A stretch of 64,000 bases of DNA, taken from the human T2T-CHM13v2.0 reference genome, Homo sapiens. Below are positions 1 to 12,790 of the stretch, in pieces. Positions within the stretch are counted from its first letter, which is position 1; every line of letters starts with the position of its first letter. Both the position numbers and the translations under genes were made by a program. The stretch lies in NCBI RefSeq assembly GCF_009914755.1, contig NC_060932.1; one strand, written 5' to 3'. Under the pieces are notes generated by a model, which saw nothing but the letters and a program-made list of their open reading frames with translations, was not told where the DNA came from and ran no database searches.

Positions 1-150
1 AGAGAAGTGTGGCCCATTTTGCTACAGGGCGCTAATAGACCTTTGTGATCTTTCCATGGTTTAGCCACCTAGGATGTGCAGCTTTTACTGTGATCAATGG
101 CCTCTGAGAGTATGGAGTGGAGGTCAGAAGAAAATGCAAAGCAACTGGAC

Positions 151-619
151 GTTCCAGATGAGGAGCTGTTCCAAAATGAGGAGCCATTTCAGACAGAATG
201 AGCTGTTCCAGAATGGGGAGCCATTCCAGAATGAGGAGATGTTCCAGAGTGTGTAGCCATTTCAGAATGAAGAGCTGTTCCAGGATGAGGAGCTGTTTCA
301 GAATGAGGAACCATTCCAGAACGGGGAGCTATTCCAGAATGGGGAGCCCTTCCAGAATGGGGAGCCATTCCAGAATGAGAAGCTGTTACAGAATGAGGAG
401 CTGTTCCAGAATGAGAAGCCGTTCAAGCATGGGGAACTTTTCCAGAATGAGAAGCTGTTCCAGAATGAGGAGCTGTTCCAGAGTGGGAAGCTGTTCCAGA
501 ATGGGGAGCTGTTCCAGAGTGGGAAGCCATTCCAGAATGGGGAATCGTTTCAGAATGAGAAGCCATTCCAGGATGAGGAGCTGTTCCAGAATGGGGAGCT
601 GTTCCAGACTGATGAGCTG
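151..619. repeat. 18-bp minisatellite/VNTR, ~26 copies, consensus TTCCAGAATG(A/G)GGAGC(TG/CA)
   Basis: 18-nt periodicity is directly visible; it explains the periodic ORFs (MRSCSR, LILEQL, SGTAPH repeats). Confidence 0.95.
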
Positions 620-1271
620 CACCTTGTACCTGCCTCACACCTGATCACATAGCCTTGATGCCAGAAACCTAGAGTGCTCTATTTAGGAACGTTAGGCTGG
701 CAGCAGGAACCCCTGAAGAAACTCAGGACACTAGGTGCTTGAGCGCGCAGCTAACCCGCAGGAGAAACATCTCCCTTCTGCTGACCTGAGGCTTGACTCC
801 TCTCCCACAGGAGGGGAAAAGAGGCCTCCACCCACAGTCCACTGTTATCCTAGGAGAAATCCTCTGGCCTCCTGCCCAGGAAGTGACAGAGAGAGAGAGA
901 AGCTGAAGCTGCTTTAACCTTCAAGATGAACCTATTTCTTCCATGAGGTTTTCTCTTGCCTGTACACGTATCTTTATGTCCACGAGACACATCCACACTC
1001 TGCTCGCACAGCGTTGCCAGGGCCAGTGCCTTCTCTCCCATCCTGTGTTTGCATTTGCCATTTGGTGGGCCTGTCCTGCTGACCAGCAAGTCTCTGTACT
1101 GAATTTGGTGACTTTGATCTTATGATTCATGTTTCCCAGCGAGGTACTCTGTGTCTTTGCTATTAATAATGTGTTATTCAAGGGCTAGTTGGAAGATTGC
1201 ATATTTAAATTGAAAACATTTTGTCTAAAAAGGGGTGTACAGAGAGAAAGAAAATTTCAGCCAGAGAGAAT

Positions 1272-1547
1272 TCTTTTTTCTTCTTGAGACAGGGTCTTGC
1301 TCTGGAGTGCAGCGGTGCTATCATAGCTAACTGCAACCTTGACCTCTCAGGCTCAAGCAATCCTCCCGCCTCAGCCTCCCGAGTAACTGAGACTACAGGT
1401 GTGCACCACCATGCCCATAAATTTTTTGTAAGGAGAGGGTCTTGCTTAGTTGCCCAGGCTGATCTCAAACTCCTGGGCTCAAGCAGTCCTCCCTCCTCAG
1501 CCTCCCAAAGTACTGGAATTACAGGCCAGAGCCACCGTACCTGGCCT
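1272..1547 (-). mobile_element. AluJ-type SINE with small internal deletion
   Basis: Poly-T, then GAGACAGGGTCTTGCTCT...CTCCTGGGCTCAAGCAGTCCTCC...CCTGGCC; AluJ diagnostics; the GTCACCCAGGCT segment is missing. Confidence 0.9.
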
Positions 1548-3259
1548 TCAGAAAGAAATTGTTTAAAAACCTCCTTAGGGCAAGTGCACAACACAAAGGA
1601 ATTCAAAGAGCACCAACATGGGATTAGTGAGGGCCGGGAGCTAGGCCTGTGCCATGTATCACTGCATGTTGTGCTGTGTGAGATGACAAATCTGTCTTCC
1701 ATTACTTTGTTGAGCAGTTACCCCTGAGAAGAATTATTTCCTTTAAAATAAAAAACATACTCTGTACTGGCTGCTGCATTATAGGGCATATCTTGCCTGG
1801 AAAATGGAAGTCAGGCAACATGGCTATTCTATGGAAATGTCTGAGCACAAAGAAGAGGCAAAAGGGAATGTGGAGGCCTGCGATGTCTTGGAAATGAGCA
1901 GGAGGATGACTGCAATGGCCCTTCAGTTAGGTTCAGGCTTCTGTGGGAAGGCGGCACCCAGGAGCCCAGAGCAGGGAGACAAACCTGCGTGGAAGTCCAG
2001 GTGTGCTGTGATGGAGAGGCCTCCATGTGGCCTTCCATATCCTGACAGCCCAGATGGGGCGAAGGCAGACCTCCACAGGAGTAGACACCCAGAGGCTGCA
2101 GTGAACCCTGCAGGGGACATGGCCTCTGTCCCCAGCTGCAGGGAGGAGCCCAGGCTCTGGAGTGCAAGACGGTGCCAAAGGCAGCAACCTGCAGCGCAGG
2201 GCTCCTCTCCCAGGGAGCCTCGTTTGCAAGATGCACGAGTAGTTCACAGGGCTGCTCTGACTGTGCCCACAAGGCTCTGCCCAGGCTTGGGAGGTCTTCC
2301 ATGAAGGTGAGGACCAGGGCTTCCTTCTGTGCTCACATAACCTTTCCAGTCCTCAGAAAACTCAGCTGGGAGAGCGTTAGCCCTGGGGTTCTCTCTGGTC
2401 CTAGAAGCTCTTCTACAGGACTCCTCGAAACGCCCAGAGACCCTATAGACCCTGCAGCCTCTGCCCGGCATATCCATTGGATTCAATTAGGCACAACCCA
2501 ACTCGGCTCCAGTCAGCACCATTTCTTGGGATGTGCAGCATTTCTGTGCCTCTTGTGAAGACAAAGATAAATTAGACACAGACGGCATTCGAGACACTTG
2601 CCATGTTGAAGAGGAGAGGAGCACAGAAACAGCTAGCAATGGTGCCAGACAGAAAGTTGTGTGCCTGACAGGGATGAGAAACTGGGGGGATTTGAAGAGG
2701 AGACATGATTAATTCTGACCAGAGTAACAGAGAAGGCTTCATGGATGACACAGAACTTCAGAGGGAGGATTAAAGCACAAGTAAAGCAGGATTTTTTATT
2801 TTAGCAAAAGAAACAGATGTGAATTGGAGGCAGTGGCTGAGTTGTTCCCATCGATGTCTGGAAGTCCGAGAAGCTCCACTGGGGCTGCTAGCTGACGGCT
2901 GACCCACCTGTTATCAGGGGCATTTGGACGGCGCATGTGCCACACCAGGGACGTAGCGTGTGGCACCTGCCCCCTGTGTGTTTTCCTCTCACATGGGCCA
3001 GGGGCTCTGTCCCATTAAATAACCAGAAGATTAAATGCAGACTTTACAAAGTTCCTCATCCGGATCACTCTATGCCCACATCCTAGAAACATCTATGGAA
3101 CTTAATTTTCCCACTGAAAGAAATGGCATGATTAAAAACTTTTTAGATTATATGAATAAAATGATAGGCAAGCAATCATCTTGAAAAGAAGGACACTTTG
3201 GGGAAACCTCCCCATTCTATTTTCCTCTGTAAAACAAACTGAACTCCGGTGGTTTTCAG

Positions 3260-3394
3260 CATTATAACATTCCTGTCCCACTGGAAATGCAGAAGACCGG
3301 GTTAAAAAACCCTAAGCGGACCAAGCCCATTATAACATTCCTGTCCCACTGGAAATGCAGAAGGCAGGGTTAAAAAACCCTAAGTGGAACAAGC
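3260..3394. repeat. 68-bp tandem duplication (2 copies)
   Basis: CATTATAACATTCCTGTCCCACTGGAAATGCAGAAG..GGGTTAAAAAACCCTAAG starts at 3260 and again at 3328. Confidence 0.95.
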
Positions 3395-3466
3395 AGAACA
3401 AACACTACAACCCCTTTCTAAAAGCAGCCTTCATTTAGACACCAAAAGACGGGAGATACTATTTCT

Positions 3467-3781
3467 TTATTTTTATTTATTTATTTATTTATTTGAGACG
3501 GAGTCTTGCTCTATCACCCAGCCTGGAGAACAGGGGCATGATCTCGGCTCACTGCATTGCAGCCTCTGCCTCCCAGGTTCCAGTGATTTTCCTGCCTCAG
3601 CCTCACGGGTAGCTGGGATGACAGGCACACTCCACCATGTCCTGCTGACTTTTATATTTTTAGTAGAGACAGGGTTTCACCATGTTGGCCAGGCTGGTCT
3701 TGAACTCCTGACCTCGGGTAATCTGCCCACCTCAGCTTCCCAAAGTGCTAGGATTACAGGTGTGAGCCATGGCGCCCAGCT
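3467..3781 (-). mobile_element. AluS-type SINE
   Basis: Full dimer with (TTTA)n tail; 16-bp TSD GGGAGATACT(A/G)TTTCT at 3451-3466 and 3782-3797. Confidence 0.95.
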
Positions 3782-3829
3782 GGGAGATACTGTTTCTAAA
3801 GCTTACACTTTTCTGATTCCTCTCTCTAT

Positions 3830-4428
<599 letters not shown>

Positions 4429-4499
4429 CTAAGATATTTTCTCTTCAAAATAATAAGTTTCGCAGCACGAAGCTAACGTGAAAACTTAAAAATGAATGT

Positions 4500-5310
4500 C
4501 CTTGTGAGGATGCACACGGACACAGAAGTGACACGCAGACAGCCTCCAGGCAGACGGGCTTTCGGAAAGCCCTCCCCTCCTCAGCTGCTGGCACCCCCAG
4601 CCTCAAGTACAGAGTCCCCAAGAATTTGAAACAGGAAGACCCAGTGAGCTGTCCCTCAGCAGCGCAGGGAACACACATGCGATGTGACGGTGGAGCCTGG
4701 AGGGCACCGCTGGGCTGTGGAAGTGGTGGGGGGTGAAGCCAGCCCAGAAAGCAGGTCCTGGCTGCGGAGGACCACGGGCGGCTGGAGCAGGCAGGCTTGG
4801 GCCTTGCCTGGGGCTGAGGTGGTCCCAGTGGCCCGCTGATGACATTGTCCTCCATCCAGACATAGAGAACGTTCTTGGTGCTATATTCTGTGGAAATCTA
4901 CAGGCAAGAACCCTAACTTTGGGTTTAGTGAAGGATTAAGGGATGTCGCGTGTCCCCTCCCTTGTACTGAGTCATATGAAAAATCACGCCTGTAGCAAAG
5001 GCGGACGTTCCCACACATGCGAGAGGCTTCCAAGGCCTGGCTGTTCGTTTCCGGACTCACTGCTTCTTACAGTTACACTTGGCTGTGACGCGAGGGGAGT
5101 GCGAAGGTCTCAGCGTTCCTGGGCCGGAAACGGTGGCACCTCGGGGGTGGAAACCACTGGCTTCAGCTCCAGGAAGCCTCAGACGCGGGGACAGCGCCCT
5201 CACCCGGCTCTCGGAGGCTCTGCACGTCCGCCGCCGTCTCCCCTTTGATTTTGCAGATTGTGGGTAGCTCGGGACCTAGGAAAAGGGTGAAAAATATGTA
5301 GTCTACAACA
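4500..5310. promoter_or_regulatory. GC/CpG-enriched unique segment, candidate promoter or enhancer
   Basis: CpG density is visibly higher than in the flanks; ETS-like cores TTTCCGG (~5048) and CCGGAAA (~5124); not a repeat I recognise. Confidence 0.4.
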
Positions 5311-5472
5311 CTGCTTCTTAAATAGTAATGCCCACGAAAATCCTCTGCGGGCCTTGCCAAGTGCGTGCTCGGATTCAGCAAGTTTGGGTGGGGCTTGAGA
5401 ATCTGTATTTCCAACTCACCTGCTCCTAGGTGATGCTGCTGCTGCTGCTGCATGCTCTGCCTTGGGTAGCAA
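5309..5472. mobile_element. MER5-family (hAT-Charlie) DNA transposon remnant
   Basis: GATTCAGCAAGTTTGGGTGGGGCTTGAGAATCTGTATTTCCAAC...AGGTGATGCTGCTGCT resembles the MER5 core. Confidence 0.65.
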
Positions 5473-6224
5473 GAGTCTAGGGGTGAGGTGTGGAGGGAGG
5501 GAGACAGAGTGAGAAAGAGTGAGGGGGACACAGGAAGACAGAGGGATCGCCATGGAGAATTAGCATGCTGCAGTTTACGTGTATGAATTGATTAACTCTT
5601 GGGAGGCTTAAAGTTCTTTTCTCTCAGAGAGAAATAATTTTTAAAAATCTGATCATGCATTGTGAGTCAATACAATATATCCTATTTAAAAATGTTTAAC
5701 GTATAATTATTATTGTCCCCAAAGAATGAAACGTTCCCTGTTCTATGCCTCAACATAGAGACAAAAGATTAACTTGAACTCTACTTAATGATTCTACAGC
5801 TTAATGGGAATGACTTAATTGTGGAATTTAACATCTTTCCTTAGGAAAAGAGGATTCAAAGAAGAAGTGTACCTAGGGGTGGGGATAAGGAGCAAACGTG
5901 GAGATTGTGATTTTCTAAGACTTTGCTGTGGCCACTCTCCTGCACGCTCGCCCTTGATCAGAGCCACACATAGGGTGTAATTGTACACATTCTGCATGCT
6001 GCTTATAAGTATTTTACAAATCTCATGGTGAATATAAATTTCTGAGAATTAGGCTGAATAAAAAAGTTCAAGTAGATGAATTCTTATCCCAATGGCTTCC
6101 TTTTAAATGTGTGGTGAAGTCGTGGTGTACTCCACCCTGAAGCTTCTGAAGGCATTTGTATTGATCAGCTCCTTGAAGAGTTTGCAGTGGTCAGAGATAA
6201 TTGAGAAAGAATAAAACGGTCTCA

Positions 6225-6424
6225 GTAAGAGGATACTTGGAGTCTTCCAGGTAGGAAGACATTTGGAATCTTCTGGGTAAGAGGACATTTGGAGTCTTCT
6301 GGGTAGGAGGACATTTGGAGTCTTCTGGGTAAGAGGACATTTGGAGTCTTTTGTGTAGGAGGACATTTGGAGTCTTTTGTGTAGGAGGACATTTGAAGTC
6401 TTCTGGGTAAGAGGACATTTGGAA
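6225..6424. repeat. 26-bp minisatellite, ~7.7 copies (GTARGAGGACATTTGGAGTCTTCTGG)
   Basis: Direct periodicity; translated ORFs repeat every 26 aa (= 3 units). Confidence 0.95.
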
Positions 6425-7085
6425 TAGCTTCTCTCCCTTTGCCTGTCTCCTGCAGATAACCCTGATATTTAATATTGAGCCCTCAGCCAAGCTCTCTTCT
6501 TAATATTTCCATAGTGCTAGCCACTTTAAGAATCAGATGCAATATTCTTAAATATAAAATACACTTAATTTTGCATATCATTACTTGCCTTAAATTGTCA
6601 TCATAGCCATCACAGAAACATACTTACATGCAATTTTACAAAGAAAAGTGTCTCACATTTTTCAGAAAATAGAGGGGTGGCCACTTCTTGAAACATGAAC
6701 TCAAATGAAGAAATTCCAGTGAAACTCGCCTTTGGTTTTGCCTCACAGTGGATTCTGAGGTAGAGTGGTGGCCTCTGAGCTCGCGTGCATGTGTAGCCTT
6801 CGGCATTGAGACCACGTCAGGGTTTTGTTCTGATGGCAGTCGATGCTGAAGATGTAGCTTTACCACAGTTGGTGGTAGCCATCAGGATCAGAGTGTCTAT
6901 CGGTTGTATTTTCTTAATCGGGATAGGAGGATTCATCAATAAACTCCAGAACTATACAGGACTCCCCCAAGTTAGTTCACACCACACCTTGTCCTTTATT
7001 CTTCAGCCTCAGAGCTCCTGCTTCCATCCACTGCTCCTTTATCTTGTCTAAGTTAGTAAGAAAAACAACACGTGTTTCTGCTTCA

Positions 7086-7427
<342 letters not shown>

Positions 7428-7964
7428 TTTTGCTTTTTTATGTAACGTGTTTGAAGAATTCTAATTGCAGGGGAAAGACGAACTCCAACCTCAGCCACCA
7501 CTTCTTCAAACGAAGAGTGATCTTGCCTGGTATAACCTTCTGCATCCATTGAGTTGCATCATATCTTGACTAAAAGAAGAGACACCTTAAATAGCATTAA
7601 ACTAGATGGCACCTGCAGGTGTAGACCTGAGTGAATAATTAGCCTCAGATGTTCTCATCATGAATAGCTCCCTCTGCTCTTATTGTTTTCAGGTATCCTC
7701 GTCTTAAAAATTTTTTTAAGTGACTTTTTTTTTAAAGAGATATTTTCCCCCCTTTCTCCTCTTGGCAAAACTTCTTCAAAAGTTGATGCCTTGAGACCGT
7801 GACCTATCCCCGACCAATCATCTCAGAGGTGTCTGGGTTTATTTCATGGTTCTTGGACCCTTCTCTGATTGCGTGGTTCTTGAAGATGTCTTCTGGGAAC
7901 TTCAATTTTGATTTAAATCCTAATTTCTTTGCTTTGGGGAAGAGACTTTAAGCCTCAATTTAGC

Positions 7965-8500
7965 CTGCTGTAGGACTAGGGGAGTCACGTGACCTCACTC
8001 ACGAGCTCTCGAGAGGATTTACCAGGCAAAGAGCCTCCAAAATGCGACAGAGCACTTGCTGTAAGACTGGGGGAGAAATGTGACCCCATTCACAAAGTGT
8101 GACGAGGATCTACCAGGTAAAGCGCCTCCAGAAGGCAGCAGAGGGCTTTCTGTAGGTCTGGGGGAGTAATGTGACCTCGTGGGGTGTTGGGAGGATCTAC
8201 CAGGCAAAGCGCCTCCAGAATGCAGCAGAGGGCTTGCTGTAGGTCTGGGGGAGTAATGTGATCTAACTCATGGGGTACTGGGAGGATTTACCAGCATCTC
8301 CGGAATACAGCTAAGTGCTTCCTCTATGGGTGGAAAAGTAACGTGACCTCATTCATAAGTTATTGCAAAAATTTATCAGGCAAAGCGCCTCCAGAAGGCA
8401 GCAGAGGGCTTGCTGTAGGACTGGGGGAGTAAAGTGACCTCTCTCATGAGGTATGTTGAGGATTTACCAGGTAAAGCGCCTCCAGCACGCAGCAGAGAGC
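7965..8500. repeat. ~89-bp diverged minisatellite, ~6 copies
   Basis: GAGGAT(T/C)TACCAGG(C/T)AAAGCGCCTCCAGAA..CAGCAGAGGGCTTGCTGTAGG.CTGGGGGAGTAATGTGACCTC recurs near 8013, 8104, 8191, 8282, 8370 and 8458. Confidence 0.9.
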
Positions 8501-9479
8501 TTGGTGGAGGCACTGAAGGCGTGCTGGCTGTTTTTCATTATGAATCAACGCCGTCAGATGCAGAATTCAATAATTGAAAAACCTGTGGGTCTTCATCCCT
8601 GAACAACACAACCGAACCAGACGGGTTAAAGCATCAGCAGCAGGTGTTCTGGGCCAGGCCTCCCCCAGCCTTTGAGTCAGGGATGCTCTCGGCAGGGTCG
8701 CTTCACCATGTGGATGGTAACAGCCTAGCAGTTTCCACAAATGGTTAACAGGGTTGGGATGCCTCGGTGGTGTCGCCTTGCTGCCCTGAGACAGCCTGTG
8801 TTTCACTGAATTTCATGTTGATGGGGAGCGTCGCAACTGCCAGTTTCTTCGTATTAAAGGACATATCCTAAATTCTAGAAGGGGTGTTGCCAATTTGCAG
8901 AGATACGCCTTCAATTTTCTTTCTCTATTCTAAGCTGCAAATGAGCTTGAACTTTTGTAGGGCACATGGCTTCACAATGGCATTCTGAATCTTGTGTGCC
9001 TAGTTCTGCTTATTAATTGAGCAGACAACTTCCAAGGGGGTCCATCAAGACCTAGATTTTGAGGTGACACAAATACAAACTTTGGTAAATTTATCACCCT
9101 TGTTAATTAAGTCATCATTCTTTTGCAGAGAAAGATCTGTGTGTCCAATGTAAAGTGCAAATGCTATGTAGCTGGGACATTTCCAGTGGTAACAACTCTA
9201 CTATGTACAAAGCTACAGTAAAATCTAGGAATATATATGTTTTGTTGTAATTTCTTTTCTTCAGCCTTTTTCAGTGTAAGAGAGTTCCTCAATGCAAATA
9301 AAGCAGATGCCCATTCCAGCAACGTACATGAGTGTGTGTGAGTGTGGCGTGTGTTTTCACATATCTGTGTGTATGAGTGTGCATATGAGCATGTGTCTGT
9401 GTGTGTCCATGGCAATCTCAGATTCCCAGACATCACACTGATAATTGCATTAAACCAATTTTCTTAAAAACCATGTTTG

Positions 9480-9996
<517 letters not shown>

Positions 9997-10375
9997 TTAT
10001 ATATTCTGTTATGGGCGGGGCAGGGTGCTCTCTATTTGGTCCGACCTTTCCCATACACTAGGTATCAAGGGCTGAAGCATTCAGGACACAGCAGCCCCTG
10101 GACCCATCGGAAGATCTGAGATTCTCTCCGTAAGCAACCACTCAGTAAGGTGGCAGGACCTTTCCTGGCTTCAGTTTCTTCACCCCTAAAACAAACATGG
10201 CACTTCACGGATGACAGTGGGAGGACAGGTGTCTTAGTATTTCCATGGGAAGTGGAGGAAGATCCTTTAAGGAGCCCATTGGGTGATAGCATCTCCTTGT
10301 TGTCTGTTGGTCTTGGTCCCCATGTTTAAAGTATTTTGGAGCTTTGACTAGCGTGCGCAAGGGATGCTGCCCATG

Positions 10376-10430
10376 TCTCTAACGAGGGCATGGGGTTTGT
10401 CCGTTTCTCTAATGAGGGCATGGGGTTTGT
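10376..10430. repeat. 30-bp tandem duplication
   Basis: TCTCTAA(C/T)GAGGGCATGGGGTTTGT at 10376 and 10406. Confidence 0.9.
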
Positions 10431-11807
10431 GGCATGGAGGGGCTTCTCTGCTTCTGAGGTCCTGCATTGCTCAGGCAGGCCCTGGCTTGAATGGGGAGGC
10501 TGGCGTGAAGTGAGAAGGCCCCAGGGAAACCCTTCTTAGAAACATCATCCATCCTGGGTCCTTCCAGTGAGGAGGCTTACCTCTCTAAAAATTCAGATTT
10601 GCCGAAAAAGTCATGATTCTTCTTCCTTAACTAACTTTAAAATGGAAAACTCTCTCCCTACCATCGCGCTGGGCCTCACTTGCAGTGAATGCCACGGGGT
10701 GACGTAGGTTTTCTGATTCTCCTAATCTGTAAGGGCGGCTTTCGCACAGGCTCCCTCTCCATCCTTTCTCGTTAAAGGCGCTCCATAAAGCAGCTTGCAC
10801 ACATGTTTAAACAGTTCATTGTCAATAACTTTAACCTCCCGCAAAAGCCAAATACAATGGTAATGTGGCTGTGCCTGCCTATTACAAAAGAAACCCAAGA
10901 CTTAATTTCTAATCTGCAGAGGAAAATCTTTCCAGCCGTCCTCATTTGGCGGGCTTGTGGGTCTCTGTACGCGTGAAAACAGCGAGAAAATGGCAGTGGA
11001 GACATTTGTCATCTGCAGAGTAAAAATATATTGCTTTTTGTCAGGAATGTACTGGTGATGTCTGCGGGGGTGGAGAGAGAATGCATCAGTTGTGGCAGCA
11101 GGCCTTTGGGGTGGTGCAGAGGGAGAATGCCATGACCTCAGACATCTGCTCTTCCATGCCACTGGGCACGTGGTTGTGGAATGCGTCCTCAACTGGCCTT
11201 TTCCTGTTTTCTCCCAAATTTCATACCATGAGTCTTCATCTCAGGCTCCTCTTCGTTGATTTGAAGCCCCTAGTCCGTCTCCAGTTTTATTTCATTACAA
11301 GACAACATCAGCCTCTGGATCTGCTGTGATGTCCTCCCTCTGCTCCCTACATCTGTCTATCCTGCTCCCTGTAGGGGACGTCCCTCACATTTCCCAAAGT
11401 CTTACTCCACACCACCAGCTCAGGCTGAACTAGCTTAGAGAGTTTATTCCATTTGCCCCAAATACTGCCCTTTGGAACCCGCCAACGATCCATGTGTGCT
11501 TCAGATAGCCTCGTCCAGGCAGGAGTAGCTTTCTGAAATTTAAATTTTTATCTATTTACAAACATTTTTATGTTTAACAAAAAGTAAAAATGTGCCTAAC
11601 AAGTATAATTAACCCTGAAATGGAAAAAAAAAAAAAAAGAATATAAAGTATATCAAGGGTATCCACAGAGGAGGTAGTACTTTGTGTGGAAAGAGCATGG
11701 TTTTGAGGTTTGGATACATTTTGTCTGAGAATTTTGTTATATTGTTGAAATATGACATTTAACATTTGGTGTGGGTAATACTGACTTTAGAGGGTGCGTT
11801 GAAGCTT

Positions 11808-12241
11808 GATTAATGTGATCAGTGTCACTGGACCCTAGCATGTCCTTGTGTGTGTATCTATGTACAGGAATACACCATGCTTAATATAATCAGTGTAACT
11901 AGATTCTAGCATGTCCTTGTGTTTGTATCTATGTACAGGAATACACCATGGTTAATATAATCATTGTAACTAGATTCTAGTTTGTCCTTGTGTGTGTATA
12001 TATATGTAGAGGCATACACCATGGTTAATATAATCAGTGTAATTAGACTCTAGCATGTCCTTGTGTATGTATATATGTACACGCGTACACCCATGGTCAA
12101 TGTAATCAGTGTAACTGGACTCTAGCATGTCATAGTGTGTGTATATATACATATATATATATATATGTATATATACACACGCATACACCCGTGATTAATG
12201 TATTAATGTAATCAGTGTAGCTGGACTCTAGCATGTCTGTG

Positions 12242-12272
<31 letters not shown>

Positions 12273-12790
12273 CTATGTACTCACATATACCCATTGATAT
12301 GGTTTAGCTCTGTGGCCCACTCAAATTTCATCTTGAATTGCAATCCCCACATGCCGAGGGAGGGAGGTGATTGGATCGTGGAGGTGGTTTCCGCCATGCT
12401 GTTCTTGTGATGATGAGTGAGTCTCATGAGATCTGGTGATTTCATGAGCGTCTAGCATTTCCCCTGCTTGCATTTCTCTCTCCTGCCACCCTGTGAGTAA
12501 GGTGCCTTGCTTCCCTTTCACCTTCTGCCATGATTGTAAGTTTCCTGAGGCCTCCCCAGCCATGTGGAACTATGAGTCAAATAAACCATCTTCCTTTATA
12601 AATTACCGAGTCTCGGGCATTTTTTATAGCAGTGTGGAAACGGACTAATACACCCATGATTAATGTAATCAGCATAAGTGGATTCTAGCATGTACTTATG
12701 TGTGCATGTATGTACATGCATGTACCCATGATTAATGTAGTTCAACTAGACTTTATCATGTATACGTCCTTGTGTGTATACCTGCACAGG
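11808..12790. repeat. Compound minisatellite: ~45-bp conserved core separated by variable (TG)/(TA) tracts, interrupted by a THE1 LTR
   Basis: Core CCATGGTTAATATAATCAGTGTAACTAGATTCTAGCATGTCC recurs about 8 times, on both sides of the LTR. Confidence 0.9.
12295..12652 (+). mobile_element. THE1C/THE1D-type solo LTR (ERVL-MaLR)
   Basis: Starts TGATATGGTTT, ends GGACTAATACA; 5-bp TSD CCCAT at 12290-12294 and 12653-12657. Confidence 0.92.

Noticed and set aside
74-644. Repetitive RS-rich / leucine-repeat ORFs
   Set aside because: A by-product of an 18-bp unit (multiple of 3) open in several frames on both strands; no splice or promoter support.
1205-1727. 165-168-aa ORFs, and similar ORFs at 3384, 9571, 17662, 24494, 30642, 34821 and 51754
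   Set aside because: Translations of Alu sequence ([13 protein letters not shown]-type peptides); many begin at GTG/TTG, which are not normal eukaryotic starts.
1804-2304. 166-aa ATG-initiated ORF in unique GC-rich DNA
   Set aside because: No recognisable domain; equally long overlapping ORFs on the other strand indicate GC-driven stop scarcity. A de novo ORF cannot be excluded without Ribo-seq.
6636-7051. Balanced-composition stretch resembling an exon or pseudogene
   Set aside because: The frames I translated contain stops or give no recognisable protein; no poly-A or TSD.
7600-7622. ACTAGATGGCAC CTCF-like core overlapping a CACCTGCAGGTG double E-box
   Set aside because: Lacks the 5' CC of the CTCF core, and a 12-bp palindrome is expected by chance in 64 kb.
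11808-12790. CRISPR-like repeat-spacer appearance
   Set aside because: Spacers are related low-complexity TG/TA tracts, repeats are degenerate, there are no cas genes and the DNA is primate.
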